Source of the DNA: Candidatus Woesearchaeota archaeon | GTDB taxonomy: Archaea; Nanobdellota; Nanobdellia; Woesearchaeales; ARS49 | Direction: 5' to 3' | NCBI GenBank assembly: GCA_019323015.1 | Contig: JAHWHY010000002.1 | Span: 15,100-79,099, forward strand | DNA: 64,000 bases | In this document: piece after piece, positions 26,700-36,259 of the stretch | Layout: each line of letters starts with the position of its first letter | Numbering within the stretch: position 1 is the first letter of the stretch | Program-made: the position numbers and the translations under genes | Notes under the pieces: model-generated | The model's input: only the letters and a program-made list of their open reading frames with translations | The model's database searches: none | Told to the model about the DNA's origin: nothing

Positions 26700-28931
26700 G
26701 TGGTTTTGAAAAAGGGGCAGGTTACAATATTCATAATTATTGGCATAATTCTTGTGATTAGTGTAGGTATTTTTATCTATCTTTATCAGGCAAAGGTTAT
26801 CAGGCCTTTTGAGGAGGTTGTTATTCCTACTGTTGCAAAGGCTCCTTCAGAAATTCGGCCTGTGCAGGATTTTGTAACTGCGTGTGTTGAGACTGTTGGC
26901 AAAGAGGCTTTGAGAAAGGTTGGTGATTATGGCGGTTATGTTGATACTTCGCAGTTCTTGTATAATCCTTTTATTCCTACAGAGGGTGATGCTGTGCAGT
27001 TTAGTCCTGATTCTGAGCTGGTGATTCCGTATTGGTGGTACTTGAAGTCCTCTAATGACTGCACTGGCAAGTGTGTTTTTTCTAGTCTTCGGCCAGAGCT
27101 GCATAGGGTTTCTGGAAAGATTAGTGTTGAGGGCCAGCTTGACAAGTACATGAATGAGCATCTTAAGGATTGTCTTGCTGGTTTTGCACCTTTTGTTGCG
27201 CAGAATTTTGAGTTTAAGGAGCTTGGCCCTGTTGAGACAGAGACTACTGTTTCAAAGGACACTGTTTATTTTCTTGTGAATTATCCTTTAAGGATATCTC
27301 GTGCAGACCAGAGCTGGGATATCAGGGAGTATCTTGCAGAGCTTGATTTGAATCTTGGCAGGATGTTTGAGCTTGGCACTGACTTGGTTAATCTTGAGTC
27401 AGAGCACCGCATGATTGAGAAATTTACTATTGAGCTGGTTTCTTCTTTTTCAGACCTTGACAAGAACATGCTTCCGCCGACTAATGACGTGGATGTCCAG
27501 TTTGGGCAGGGCATTATTTGGTTTAAGTCAAGGATTGCATCTGCGCTTCAGGAGATACTGGCAAGTTATATTCCTATGATGCAGGTCGGTAATACTCGAT
27601 TGTACATGCCTGTTTTTGCTCCTGAGGATGAAGATATCCGTGACAAGGAATTGTATGAGGCGGTTTATAACCGTAACATGATAATTCCTCTTGAGAAAGA
27701 GTACAGGGACATATCTGCATCTCTTTCTTATATTCCTTGGTGGCCTATTTATTTTGATGCTAATTGTGAGGGTGAGGTGTGCATGGCGCAGAGTGTTTCA
27801 TCTAACCTGAAGTTTTTGCAGATTGGCTTGCATAAGTATGCTTTTGCTTATGACGTGAGTTACCCTGTGCTTGTTGAGTTAAGGGATCCTGATGCTTTCA
27901 AGGGAGAGGGTTATTCATTCAAGTTTTTTATTGAGGTGAATATGAGGAATAATTTTCCAATGCCTTCTGTTTTTGAGCCGTTGGAGGCATTTGATATTTC
28001 TTTTAACAGCATGCTTTGTGACCCTTACCAGAAGACTTCTGGCAATGTCACTATTACTGTTAAGGATGCAAGAAACAAGAGGGGTGTTGATGAGGCATTG
28101 GTTGGCTATACCTGCGGCAGGGAGTCCTGTACCCTGGGCCAGACCTCTAATGGCACTCTTGTGACTCAGCTTCCGAGGTGTCTTGGTGGATTGCTTAGTG
28201 CTTCCAAGATAGAGTATGAGACGCGTATGGTTCCTCTTGATGTTCTTGATAACAGGTCTTTGGAGGCAGAGATTCTGCTTGAGCCTTATCGTTACATGGA
28301 TTTTGCTGTCAAGAAGTACCTGCTTAGCAAGGGTTCTACAGAATGGTCTCTTGATGCTAACAAGACTGTTAATCAGGCCAGGGATGAGGATACTATGATA
28401 ATGTTAAGGAGAATAACAGATCAGTTTTCTCCTTCTTTTGCTGCAATTGGCGAGGTATGCGGCTTGCCTAATGCAAAGTCAGCTGCTGCGTGCGGCTCTC
28501 CTCCTTCAGATAATTCAGAGCATATTGCCTTGATTCCAGGCGAGTATCAGGTCAGTATTTATTCAGTGAAGTATCCGCGGCCGAGCATTGAGATTCCGCG
28601 TGACTTGAGGACAGCTGGAAGCGGCCTGACAAAAGAGGAGTTTTATGTTCCAGAAGAGCCTATTGTTTTTGATGAACGCAATCCTTTCCCTGCTGGTTTT
28701 GCAAATTTTAACTGGACTTTAACTGCAGAACAGCTGGATAGCGGTGATGCTGTTGAGTTTTATTATATTAATATTGCTTTGGACAAGGTTCCTAAGCGCA
28801 GAAGAAAGATTGAGGACTTGGGTGAGATTGGCAAGGCCATTGATTATTCCACTCTTTATAGGAAGGCTCTTGAGCCAAGGGTTTTTCGCAAGTCAAAAGC
28901 AAAGGAGAGTACCATTACTGTTAAGATATAG
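26700..28931 (+). CDS. Family D2: large class III signal peptide protein
   Basis: MVLKKG|QVTIFIIIGIILVI; paralogue of D1 and D3. Confidence 0.8.
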   Translation: MVLKKGQVTIFIIIGIILVISVGIFIYLYQAKVIRPFEEVVIPTVAKAPSEIRPVQDFVTACVETVGKEALRKVGDYGGYVDTSQFLYNPFIPTEGDAVQFSPDSELVIPYWWYLKSSNDCTGKCVFSSLRPELHRVSGKISVEGQLDKYMNEHLKDCLAGFAPFVAQNFEFKELGPVETETTVSKDTVYFLVNYPLRISRADQSWDIREYLAELDLNLGRMFELGTDLVNLESEHRMIEKFTIELVSSFSDLDKNMLPPTNDVDVQFGQGIIWFKSRIASALQEILASYIPMMQVGNTRLYMPVFAPEDEDIRDKELYEAVYNRNMIIPLEKEYRDISASLSYIPWWPIYFDANCEGEVCMAQSVSSNLKFLQIGLHKYAFAYDVSYPVLVELRDPDAFKGEGYSFKFFIEVNMRNNFPMPSVFEPLEAFDISFNSMLCDPYQKTSGNVTITVKDARNKRGVDEALVGYTCGRESCTLGQTSNGTLVTQLPRCLGGLLSASKIEYETRMVPLDVLDNRSLEAEILLEPYRYMDFAVKKYLLSKGSTEWSLDANKTVNQARDEDTMIMLRRITDQFSPSFAAIGEVCGLPNAKSAAACGSPPSDNSEHIALIPGEYQVSIYSVKYPRPSIEIPRDLRTAGSGLTKEEFYVPEEPIVFDERNPFPAGFANFNWTLTAEQLDSGDAVEFYYINIALDKVPKRRRKIEDLGEIGKAIDYSTLYRKALEPRVFRKSKAKESTITVKI

Positions 28932-29011
28932 CAAAAGCAACAAATTTCAGAATATAGAAATTGCTTTTGCTTATTACGAAAAGCAAGCAAATACTAAATT
29001 ATTATTTGCTT
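28930..29011. other. Tandem inverted repeats (two stem-loops) between D2 and A2
   Basis: AGCAAAAGCAA (28930-28940) / TTGCTTTTGCT (28961-28971), and AAGCAAATA (28985-28993) / TATTTGCTT (29003-29011). Confidence 0.6.
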
Positions 29012-29021
29012 TGAGTATAGA

Positions 29022-32000
29022 ATGAATAAAAGAATTAGGTTTGCGGCATTTGTCATGATTTTTCTAGTTTTGTGTATGCCTGTTGCTTTTGCGCAGAAGC
29101 TTGATGTGACCAGGTTTAGTGGAAAGGATGAGGTTGAGGATGTTGTGCGCCCTGAAGGTGATGAATTGTATATTGTTGTGTCTGCAGAGATGCGTGGAGA
29201 CCCAAGCCCTGAGGTTGCAAGGACAAGGCTTCTTGTAAGGCATGGTGGTGATGAAGAGTATTTCAGTGAATGCTCTCGCCAGGATTCATTTTATACTTGC
29301 ACTTATGTTTCAGATGATTTGATTAATTATGATTCTGAGGATTATGTCATTACTTTGGTGGATTCTGAGAATAACGAGCTTAAGTCTGTCAAGAAGATAT
29401 TGGGTGTTGACAGGACTGCTCCTGAGATAATACAGTATTCTGTTGAGCCGAGGATGTCAAGGACAGGTGAGATGAAAATTTCTTATTTGGTTGAGGATTA
29501 TGGGACTGATGTTGGAGACAGTGCCTTTTGTTCAGGTGTAAAGGAGATAAGGGTTACTGCTGGTGATTCTCTTGTCAAGAAGATTGATTATGATTCTCCA
29601 AAGAAGTGTGATATAGAAGAACAGAAGATTGATTATAAATATTCCACAACAGATAAGTTTGTTGGCCTGGATGTTTGTGTTGTTGCAAAGGATTATCTTG
29701 GGCAGGAGAGTGATATTGCGTGCAGGTCTTATGATATTGATAATTCTCCTCCAAAAATAAAGTCTGTTGGATTTAGTGATAATAAGGGTTATGCTTTGTC
29801 TCATATCAAGACAGGTCAGAAGGTTGTTGCAGACATGTCTGTTGTTATTGAGGGCGAGGATGATGTTGTTCTTGAGAATGTCAAGGCAGACCTTTCAAAG
29901 ATTCATCCTGGTGCTGGTGTGCGTGCTGCTGATGACAAGGTGGGTGATACTTTTATCTGGAATAATGTTGAGATTACCAGTCCTTCAACTTGCGAGGTTC
30001 CTGTGACTGCAGTGGATGAGATTGGCAATAATGCCTCTGCTGTCTTGAAGTGTTCTCTTCCTGTTGATGATACTGGTCCTGTTGTAGAGGGGATTTATGC
30101 GAGCTCTGCAGGTTCTAATGCTACTCCTTTGATTGGTGTTAACGGGACAATCTATGTTGATTTGCTTGAGGAGGGTTCTGGAATGGACAAGAGAAATGCT
30201 TTCCTTGATTTGCATAATATCGGGCTTGGCACTCTTGTTCAGGCAGATGAGTGTGCTGACCAGGGCAGTGGTGTCTGGAGGTGTGAGTGGAAGGTTGTTC
30301 CTGATATTGGCACTGGCAGGCATAAGATTGTGCTTATTGATGGTACAAGTGATGACCTTGGTAATTATGTGAGTGCTCCTGTGAGTGCAGAGATTCTTGT
30401 TGATACAACTCCGCCTGACATTAATTCAATTGACATCACTTTTATTCACGAGAATGCAGATTACGGCCCTAATGCTGTTTATGGTGACACTATTGAGTTC
30501 TTGTTTAATGTGACTGATGGTGTTGAGGGTTATGTGAATCTTTCAATGGTTGGAGGTAATTACTCCCCTGCCACAGAGTGCACTGGGAGGTACTGCAAGT
30601 TTTATACATTGATTGATGTTTCCGGCCCGTTGAATGCCACGCTTCATTTTGATTTTTTTGATCTTGCCGGCAACAAGGAGTCTTATGATTATGACTTTTT
30701 TATTTATGGTGTCTTGCTTAATGATACTGTCACGAATTACTGGGATGCTAATGTTAGGTGCTCTCCTAAGATGATTGACAGGCACACTGCTGAATTGTAT
30801 AATCACCCTCTTTATTGTCATATAAAATTGACTCCTAATAATCCAGAGGCAGAGACTGTGTATGTTTCTCTTGGAGATCTTGGGGAGTGTCTTGGAGAGG
30901 GTGTTGGTTATGTTGTTGACCTTGAGGTCATTAATAATAATTTTGGCTCAAAAGACCCTTATGCTGTGTTTACTCTTGCTGCAACTCCTTTTACGATTAA
31001 TAAATTAAAGTTTAATTGTCCTTTGTATGTTGCCACGCGTGTTGGTGATTTTTTCTCTCCTGTTGTTGAGGTTGAGAACATTACTGCAAAAGTGGATTTT
31101 TATAATCTTCCTTATGGAGAGGCTTATGATAATATTGAGGAGAGGATACAGCACTCTATGGAAAAGGCTGTGGAGGATTGGGAGTGGGTTGGCACTATTG
31201 AGGATGTCATGGATACTTTGCGCTCTTTGTGCAATACCAAGAACACGATTTATTCTTTGGTTTCTGTTTTTGAGGCTGCAATTGATTTGTTGACTACTTT
31301 GGGTATTGTTGTGGGTCTTGTGAAGAAAAATACAGGAGAGAAGATGATAAAGCAGGCTCAGAATTTGTGCAACAAGGGTGTTTCACCTATTGAGCGATAT
31401 GTTACAGGAAAGCCTAAGCCTAATCAAAAAAAGTCTGTCCTTAACTTGTTTAATCTTTTTGATTTGGCTTGCAAGATGGCTAACTGCCAGTTGTCAAGAG
31501 AAGATGCTAAAGAGTATGATTCTGAGCTTGTTGTTGGTGCTTCTTATTTTTTTGGTGAAGGTTGGGAAGATGCGTGTACGTTTTACAAGGATGTTGTTGC
31601 AGGAGGGTATTTTTTTGCTGATTATGACAAAATAATGGAGGGCTCTGAGATTGGTGATACTAAAAGCCCTGTTAATGTGAAAGAGAGCATTATTGGCAGC
31701 TTGATGTGCACCTGTATTCCTGGAATCACTTATAACCTGAACAAGATTAGGCAGATTCACTGCGGTTATGCTTATTGTCTTGGCAAGAGGGTTCTTGAAG
31801 AGGGCTTGCCAAGGTCTTATTGTGATAATGAGAAAGCTTACATGACTTGTAATTATGTCACTGGCCAGATTTTTGAGGTGTTTCCTTTTGCTTCTGTTGT
31901 TGACAGGTATATTAATATGATTCAAGAGGCTTATGCTAATCCTATTTCCTTGGTTACTATCTTGTCTTCTCTTATTTGCGGAGGTGACAAGGGCACTGGG

Positions 32001-32204
32001 GGATTTTATGATTACTGCATGGATAGGCGTTCATTTGAGATTAATGGCCCGAACATGATCCTGTACGTCCTTTGTTCTCTTCCAAAGACAGCTGCAAAGA
32101 TTGGTGATGCTGTTGCTAGTTATCAATTAAGTGAGTCAGAGGGTTTTGGCACAAAGCCTGTCTCAAATAATTATTGTGAAATGGCTGAGGATTTACTGGA
32201 ATGA
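29022..32204 (+). CDS. Family A2: giant secreted Ig-like protein with a Cys-rich helical C-terminal domain
   Basis: Signal ending PVAFAQ; SGKDEVEDVVRP, DYGTDVGDSAFCSGVKEI and MCTCIPGITYN motifs. Confidence 0.85.
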   Translation: MNKRIRFAAFVMIFLVLCMPVAFAQKLDVTRFSGKDEVEDVVRPEGDELYIVVSAEMRGDPSPEVARTRLLVRHGGDEEYFSECSRQDSFYTCTYVSDDLINYDSEDYVITLVDSENNELKSVKKILGVDRTAPEIIQYSVEPRMSRTGEMKISYLVEDYGTDVGDSAFCSGVKEIRVTAGDSLVKKIDYDSPKKCDIEEQKIDYKYSTTDKFVGLDVCVVAKDYLGQESDIACRSYDIDNSPPKIKSVGFSDNKGYALSHIKTGQKVVADMSVVIEGEDDVVLENVKADLSKIHPGAGVRAADDKVGDTFIWNNVEITSPSTCEVPVTAVDEIGNNASAVLKCSLPVDDTGPVVEGIYASSAGSNATPLIGVNGTIYVDLLEEGSGMDKRNAFLDLHNIGLGTLVQADECADQGSGVWRCEWKVVPDIGTGRHKIVLIDGTSDDLGNYVSAPVSAEILVDTTPPDINSIDITFIHENADYGPNAVYGDTIEFLFNVTDGVEGYVNLSMVGGNYSPATECTGRYCKFYTLIDVSGPLNATLHFDFFDLAGNKESYDYDFFIYGVLLNDTVTNYWDANVRCSPKMIDRHTAELYNHPLYCHIKLTPNNPEAETVYVSLGDLGECLGEGVGYVVDLEVINNNFGSKDPYAVFTLAATPFTINKLKFNCPLYVATRVGDFFSPVVEVENITAKVDFYNLPYGEAYDNIEERIQHSMEKAVEDWEWVGTIEDVMDTLRSLCNTKNTIYSLVSVFEAAIDLLTTLGIVVGLVKKNTGEKMIKQAQNLCNKGVSPIERYVTGKPKPNQKKSVLNLFNLFDLACKMANCQLSREDAKEYDSELVVGASYFFGEGWEDACTFYKDVVAGGYFFADYDKIMEGSEIGDTKSPVNVKESIIGSLMCTCIPGITYNLNKIRQIHCGYAYCLGKRVLEEGLPRSYCDNEKAYMTCNYVTGQIFEVFPFASVVDRYINMIQEAYANPISLVTILSSLICGGDKGTGGFYDYCMDRRSFEINGPNMILYVLCSLPKTAAKIGDAVASYQLSESEGFGTKPVSNNYCEMAEDLLE

Positions 32205-33313
32205 AATCAAATAAATTGAATAAATTATTGTTTGTGGTTTTGGTTGCGGTTTTGTTAAGTTCAAGTGTTATTGCTGATGACCAGCCGAAGAAAACAGAAA
32301 AACACAGAGATAAGACTGGTGAGCGTGTAAGTCACTTGAAGGCAGGATATGATCATTTAGGCGGTGCTGTTGTTCGGGAAGTGGGTGCTTCTGTTAGAGA
32401 AGCCATGGCAGATGTTCATAGAGGCATGGGGGGGATACTTAATACTGCAGATTCTGTAGAAAAGTTAGAAACTGATGCGGCAAGGCTAAGAAAAGAGGCA
32501 AAAGAAGAAAGGCGTGCTGCAAAAGCTGAATTTGAGGTTGCAGAAACCTATCGTGAACGTATCTGGCAAAGAGGATGGTATTCTTTCTATGACATAATTG
32601 ATGCTTATGAGGATTATTCTGGTATTAATCAGTATAGTGCATTGTTTTTTGGTGAGGAGTGGCTTGCCAAGAGGCGTCAGATGGCTGCTGAGTATTTTTG
32701 TGAAAAGACATTGATTCTTGGTGGAAAGCAGTGCTGGCAGTCAAGGATTTGCGAGCCGTATTATAATGATAGGGAGCCTCCTGTTGGAAGAAGTGTTTTG
32801 GTTGCCCAGACAGGTATTGGCGGTTATTTACCTGCTGTCTCTATTCAGGGCGAGAGGTCTCTTCCAATGTCTTATAAGGTGGGCGGGCAGCCTAGGAATA
32901 GTTATGTTTACAAGATTACTTATTTCATTGCAAACCCGCATGATGTTGCCTTGACTTATCACATAAAGCTTGTTGGTCCTGCAAAAGAGTTTACCTCTCC
33001 TGCAATGACTATTAAGCGCACAGAAGGAGATACTGTTTACAGGGAGGAGCGCCTGGGCAATAATCCTTTGATTACAGATAGTGATAATTATTATCATACT
33101 GTTTGCCTGACTTTTAGTCCTAGGATGGCTGTTGCAAGCGGCAGGTTGTTTGGTGCAAAGAGAGTTTCAGAGGTTTGTGCTCCGCTTGTTGAGTATGAGG
33201 GTGCTGCCACGCGTCCTTACACAACAGTTCCTGATGAGGACTTGCCTGGTGGGCAGGAAGAAGATGAGGTGGAGAGGCCTGAACCTGAGTCAAATCCATT
33301 GAAAGATGCGTAA
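32201..33313 (+). CDS. Family B2: exported hypothetical protein
   Basis: Signal peptide, coiled-coil N-half, then AVSIQGER...YVYKITYFI; overlaps the A2 stop. Confidence 0.75.
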   Translation: MKSNKLNKLLFVVLVAVLLSSSVIADDQPKKTEKHRDKTGERVSHLKAGYDHLGGAVVREVGASVREAMADVHRGMGGILNTADSVEKLETDAARLRKEAKEERRAAKAEFEVAETYRERIWQRGWYSFYDIIDAYEDYSGINQYSALFFGEEWLAKRRQMAAEYFCEKTLILGGKQCWQSRICEPYYNDREPPVGRSVLVAQTGIGGYLPAVSIQGERSLPMSYKVGGQPRNSYVYKITYFIANPHDVALTYHIKLVGPAKEFTSPAMTIKRTEGDTVYREERLGNNPLITDSDNYYHTVCLTFSPRMAVASGRLFGAKRVSEVCAPLVEYEGAATRPYTTVPDEDLPGGQEEDEVERPEPESNPLKDA

Positions 33314-34145
33314 GTTAACAATTCAATTGCCGAGAATTATTGGAATCATTTTGTTAGTCTTGTCAATGGCTGCTCATAAGTATTTTGGCTCGTATGTTGT
33401 TGCTGTTGTTCTTGCAGGCCTTGTCTTGATTATTTTTGACAAGGAGAAGACTTCCAGAGAATTCAGCAGGTTTCTTGACTCTTTTAAATTAATCAACAAG
33501 CGTTTTGTCTTGATTGCTTTTTATGACATGCTTTGCCTTGCTGTTTTTTTCTTTGTTGTTCCCTTGTTTTCAGCGTGGTTCATGAAAAGCATAAGCAGTG
33601 TTGAAAGTATCAGCGGATTAGTGTATGTGTTGTTTTTGCTCTGGATTTATTTTTTTGCAGTGGCTTTGATATTGTTGATTATTTATTCTGTTTTCAGGGG
33701 CTTGATTTGGCTCACGATATTGAAGAAAAAGCCAAGCGCCCTTTATTTCAAGAGGTTTTTCCTGCTTAACTTGTGCTGGTGGCTTATATTGATTATCCCT
33801 TTCTTCATTACAGTGTTTGGTGTCAAGCAGAATTACTTGTTTTATGCTGTAATCTTGTTTGCTGTTGCATATGCTCATGTGACTTCTGTCATGCATTATG
33901 TTTTTACAAAAGATTTGCGTATTGGCCTTTCGCTTAGGCAGGCTTTTGTTGTTGGGTGTGCGGGAATCAAGGAGTTTTTTGTTCCTTATTCATTTATTGT
34001 GGTTGTTTATTTTGTTTTGTTGCAGGTTTTTTGGATTGTTCCAAAGGATACTAAGACAATGTTGTTTGCTTCATTGTTGTTCACTGTTTTTTTCCTTGCC
34101 TGGTACAGGCTTTATTTGAGTACTGTTTTAAGGAGGCTGGCTTGA
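33306..34145 (+). CDS. Family C2: multi-pass membrane protein
   Basis: FKLINKRFVLIAFYD; FRGLIW...KRFFLLNLCWW. Confidence 0.8.
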   Translation: MRKLTIQLPRIIGIILLVLSMAAHKYFGSYVVAVVLAGLVLIIFDKEKTSREFSRFLDSFKLINKRFVLIAFYDMLCLAVFFFVVPLFSAWFMKSISSVESISGLVYVLFLLWIYFFAVALILLIIYSVFRGLIWLTILKKKPSALYFKRFFLLNLCWWLILIIPFFITVFGVKQNYLFYAVILFAVAYAHVTSVMHYVFTKDLRIGLSLRQAFVVGCAGIKEFFVPYSFIVVVYFVLLQVFWIVPKDTKTMLFASLLFTVFFLAWYRLYLSTVLRRLA

Positions 34146-34166
34146 ACTTTTGCGAAAAAGTTCAAG
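34141..34166 (+). terminator. 11-bp stem with GCGA (GNRA) tetraloop at the end of C2
   Basis: CTTGAACTTTT-GCGA-AAAAGTTCAAG, followed by a T-rich tract. Confidence 0.55.
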
Positions 34167-34264
34167 TCTTTAGATTTTTGCCTGATGAGTATATATAAGC
34201 AAAAATCTAATTTACATAACATTTTTATATATAAACATTAAAAATTGTTAAAAAGGGGTTATTT

Positions 34265-36259
34265 ATGATAAAAAAGAGGGCGCAGGTCACTGTATTCATA
34301 ATAATAGGCATAATTCTTTTGCTTAGTGCTGTGTTTGTTGGTTACTTGATTTACCGCCAGAGTGCAAGGCCTGTTGAAGAGGCGATTATTGTTCCTGAGG
34401 ATGTTAAGCCTGTTCATGAGTTCATAACTACTTGCCTTTACCAGACCTCTAAGAGGGGTGTTGCTTTGATGGGACAGCAGGCTGGTTTTATTTATGTCCC
34501 TGCGATTATCAGCAATACTTATGAGGCGCGCATTAATCTTGATAATAAGGGGGCTTTTGTGGTTCCTTTTTGGTATTATGAGGGTGAGGACAGGACTCCG
34601 AGCCTTGATTTCATGCAGAAAGAGCTTCAGAGGTATGTTTATGAGCACTTGAATGAGTGTCTTGGTGATCTTGAGTCTTTCAAGGGTGAGTATGATATTG
34701 TTGAGAAAGATGATTTGCTTCCTTCTGTCACGATTGCAGAGGAGGATGTTGTTGTTAAGCTGAAGTGGCCCCTGCAGTTGACTTCTCTTGGAAAGACGAC
34801 TTTTATGGAGGATTATGTTGCAAGGCTTGATGTGAAGCTGAAAAAGGCGCATGAGATTGCCTCTAAGGTCATGAAGTATGAGAATGATAATTCTTTTTTT
34901 GAGAATTTCACTATTAATTCAATGAGTGCTGATACAGAGATTCCTACTGATGATATGCGTTTTGAGTGCAAGCAGAGAAAATGGCATCTTGATGATGTGA
35001 CAAAGCGGCTTCAGAAGATTTTGTATTATAACCTGCCTATTGTGCGTGTTGAGAACACGCAGTATGTTCCTTTTGTTGCGCAGAGAAAGTATTATGAGCG
35101 TCTTGAGGATGCAAGGGAAGATATGTGGGAGGAATTGTCAGAGGGTGCTGAGACACCTACTCCTCCAAAATATACTCCGAGTGATGCTATTGAGTTTTTC
35201 AAGTACAGGATTGAGGCTGGTGTTTCGCCTAATGATCTTAAGGCTAGTTTTGATTACCAGCCTGGCTGGGGCATGAGACTGAGTGCTGTTCCTAATTCAG
35301 GGGGCTGGCTTAAGTCTAATACTGGAAGAGGGGACAGGAGCATGATTGGTTTCTTGTGCATTAACCAGTGGCATTTTACTTATGATGTTATTTATCCTAT
35401 TCGCTTGACTGTTAAGGATGATTCTGCATTTGCAGGAGAGGGCTTTATTTTTCAGATGGCTTTTCCTGTTCTTGTTAATGATAATATTCCTGAGAGAAAG
35501 TATTTTGGTGTTCGCCAGTTCACTGCTGTTGATTTTGACAAGCCTTTTTGTGCAGTTACTGGAGAGCAGGCTGTTGATATCAGGGCCACTGGTTTTACAG
35601 AGGCAAGCCCTATTGAGACAGAGATGGATAATGTTTCCTTTACATACCGTTGCTTGACAGAGGAGTGTATCCTTGGTGAGTCTGTTGCAGATGATGGTTA
35701 TTACAGGTTGAGAACAACTGTTCCTACTGCCTGTATTAATCCTGTTATTGTTGCTGAAAAAGATGGTTACCTGCCTGCAGAGGGCGTGCTTAAGGGTGAT
35801 GAGTTGACAATACCTATGAAAAAGGTGAGGCCTTTTGATGTTGTGCTTGTTGTGCACCCGTATGCTTCTTATGCAGGGGAGTGGAATCCTCCAAGGTATA
35901 AGTTAAGAAATTCTGAAAAGGCCTTGGTGCACGTGGGCTTGAAGGGCGCGCCGTTTGAGCAGTACATTGAGTTCCCTTCTAATGGTACTGTTCTTGAGTT
36001 TGTGGAGGGAAAAGAGGAGTATAATATTGATATTACTTTATTGTCTGTTGATAATCCTACTGGAGGTTATCTTGCAAGAGATGTGGAGATTGAGTATGCT
36101 GATTTTGCAGATGCTGATACAGTTGAACTGCACGTGTTTGAGTATGTTCCAAACCCTACAAAGGCAGCAACGCCTTCTGCAGAGCAGTTGAGGATGGACA
36201 TGTATACTTTTATGGTTAATGGAAATTATACTGAAAAATTGAGGCCTACATTCAGATGA
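34265..36259 (+). CDS. Family D3: large class III signal peptide protein
   Basis: MIKKRA|QVTVFIIIGIILLL; paralogue of D1 and D2. Confidence 0.8.
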   Translation: MIKKRAQVTVFIIIGIILLLSAVFVGYLIYRQSARPVEEAIIVPEDVKPVHEFITTCLYQTSKRGVALMGQQAGFIYVPAIISNTYEARINLDNKGAFVVPFWYYEGEDRTPSLDFMQKELQRYVYEHLNECLGDLESFKGEYDIVEKDDLLPSVTIAEEDVVVKLKWPLQLTSLGKTTFMEDYVARLDVKLKKAHEIASKVMKYENDNSFFENFTINSMSADTEIPTDDMRFECKQRKWHLDDVTKRLQKILYYNLPIVRVENTQYVPFVAQRKYYERLEDAREDMWEELSEGAETPTPPKYTPSDAIEFFKYRIEAGVSPNDLKASFDYQPGWGMRLSAVPNSGGWLKSNTGRGDRSMIGFLCINQWHFTYDVIYPIRLTVKDDSAFAGEGFIFQMAFPVLVNDNIPERKYFGVRQFTAVDFDKPFCAVTGEQAVDIRATGFTEASPIETEMDNVSFTYRCLTEECILGESVADDGYYRLRTTVPTACINPVIVAEKDGYLPAEGVLKGDELTIPMKKVRPFDVVLVVHPYASYAGEWNPPRYKLRNSEKALVHVGLKGAPFEQYIEFPSNGTVLEFVEGKEEYNIDITLLSVDNPTGGYLARDVEIEYADFADADTVELHVFEYVPNPTKAATPSAEQLRMDMYTFMVNGNYTEKLRPTFR

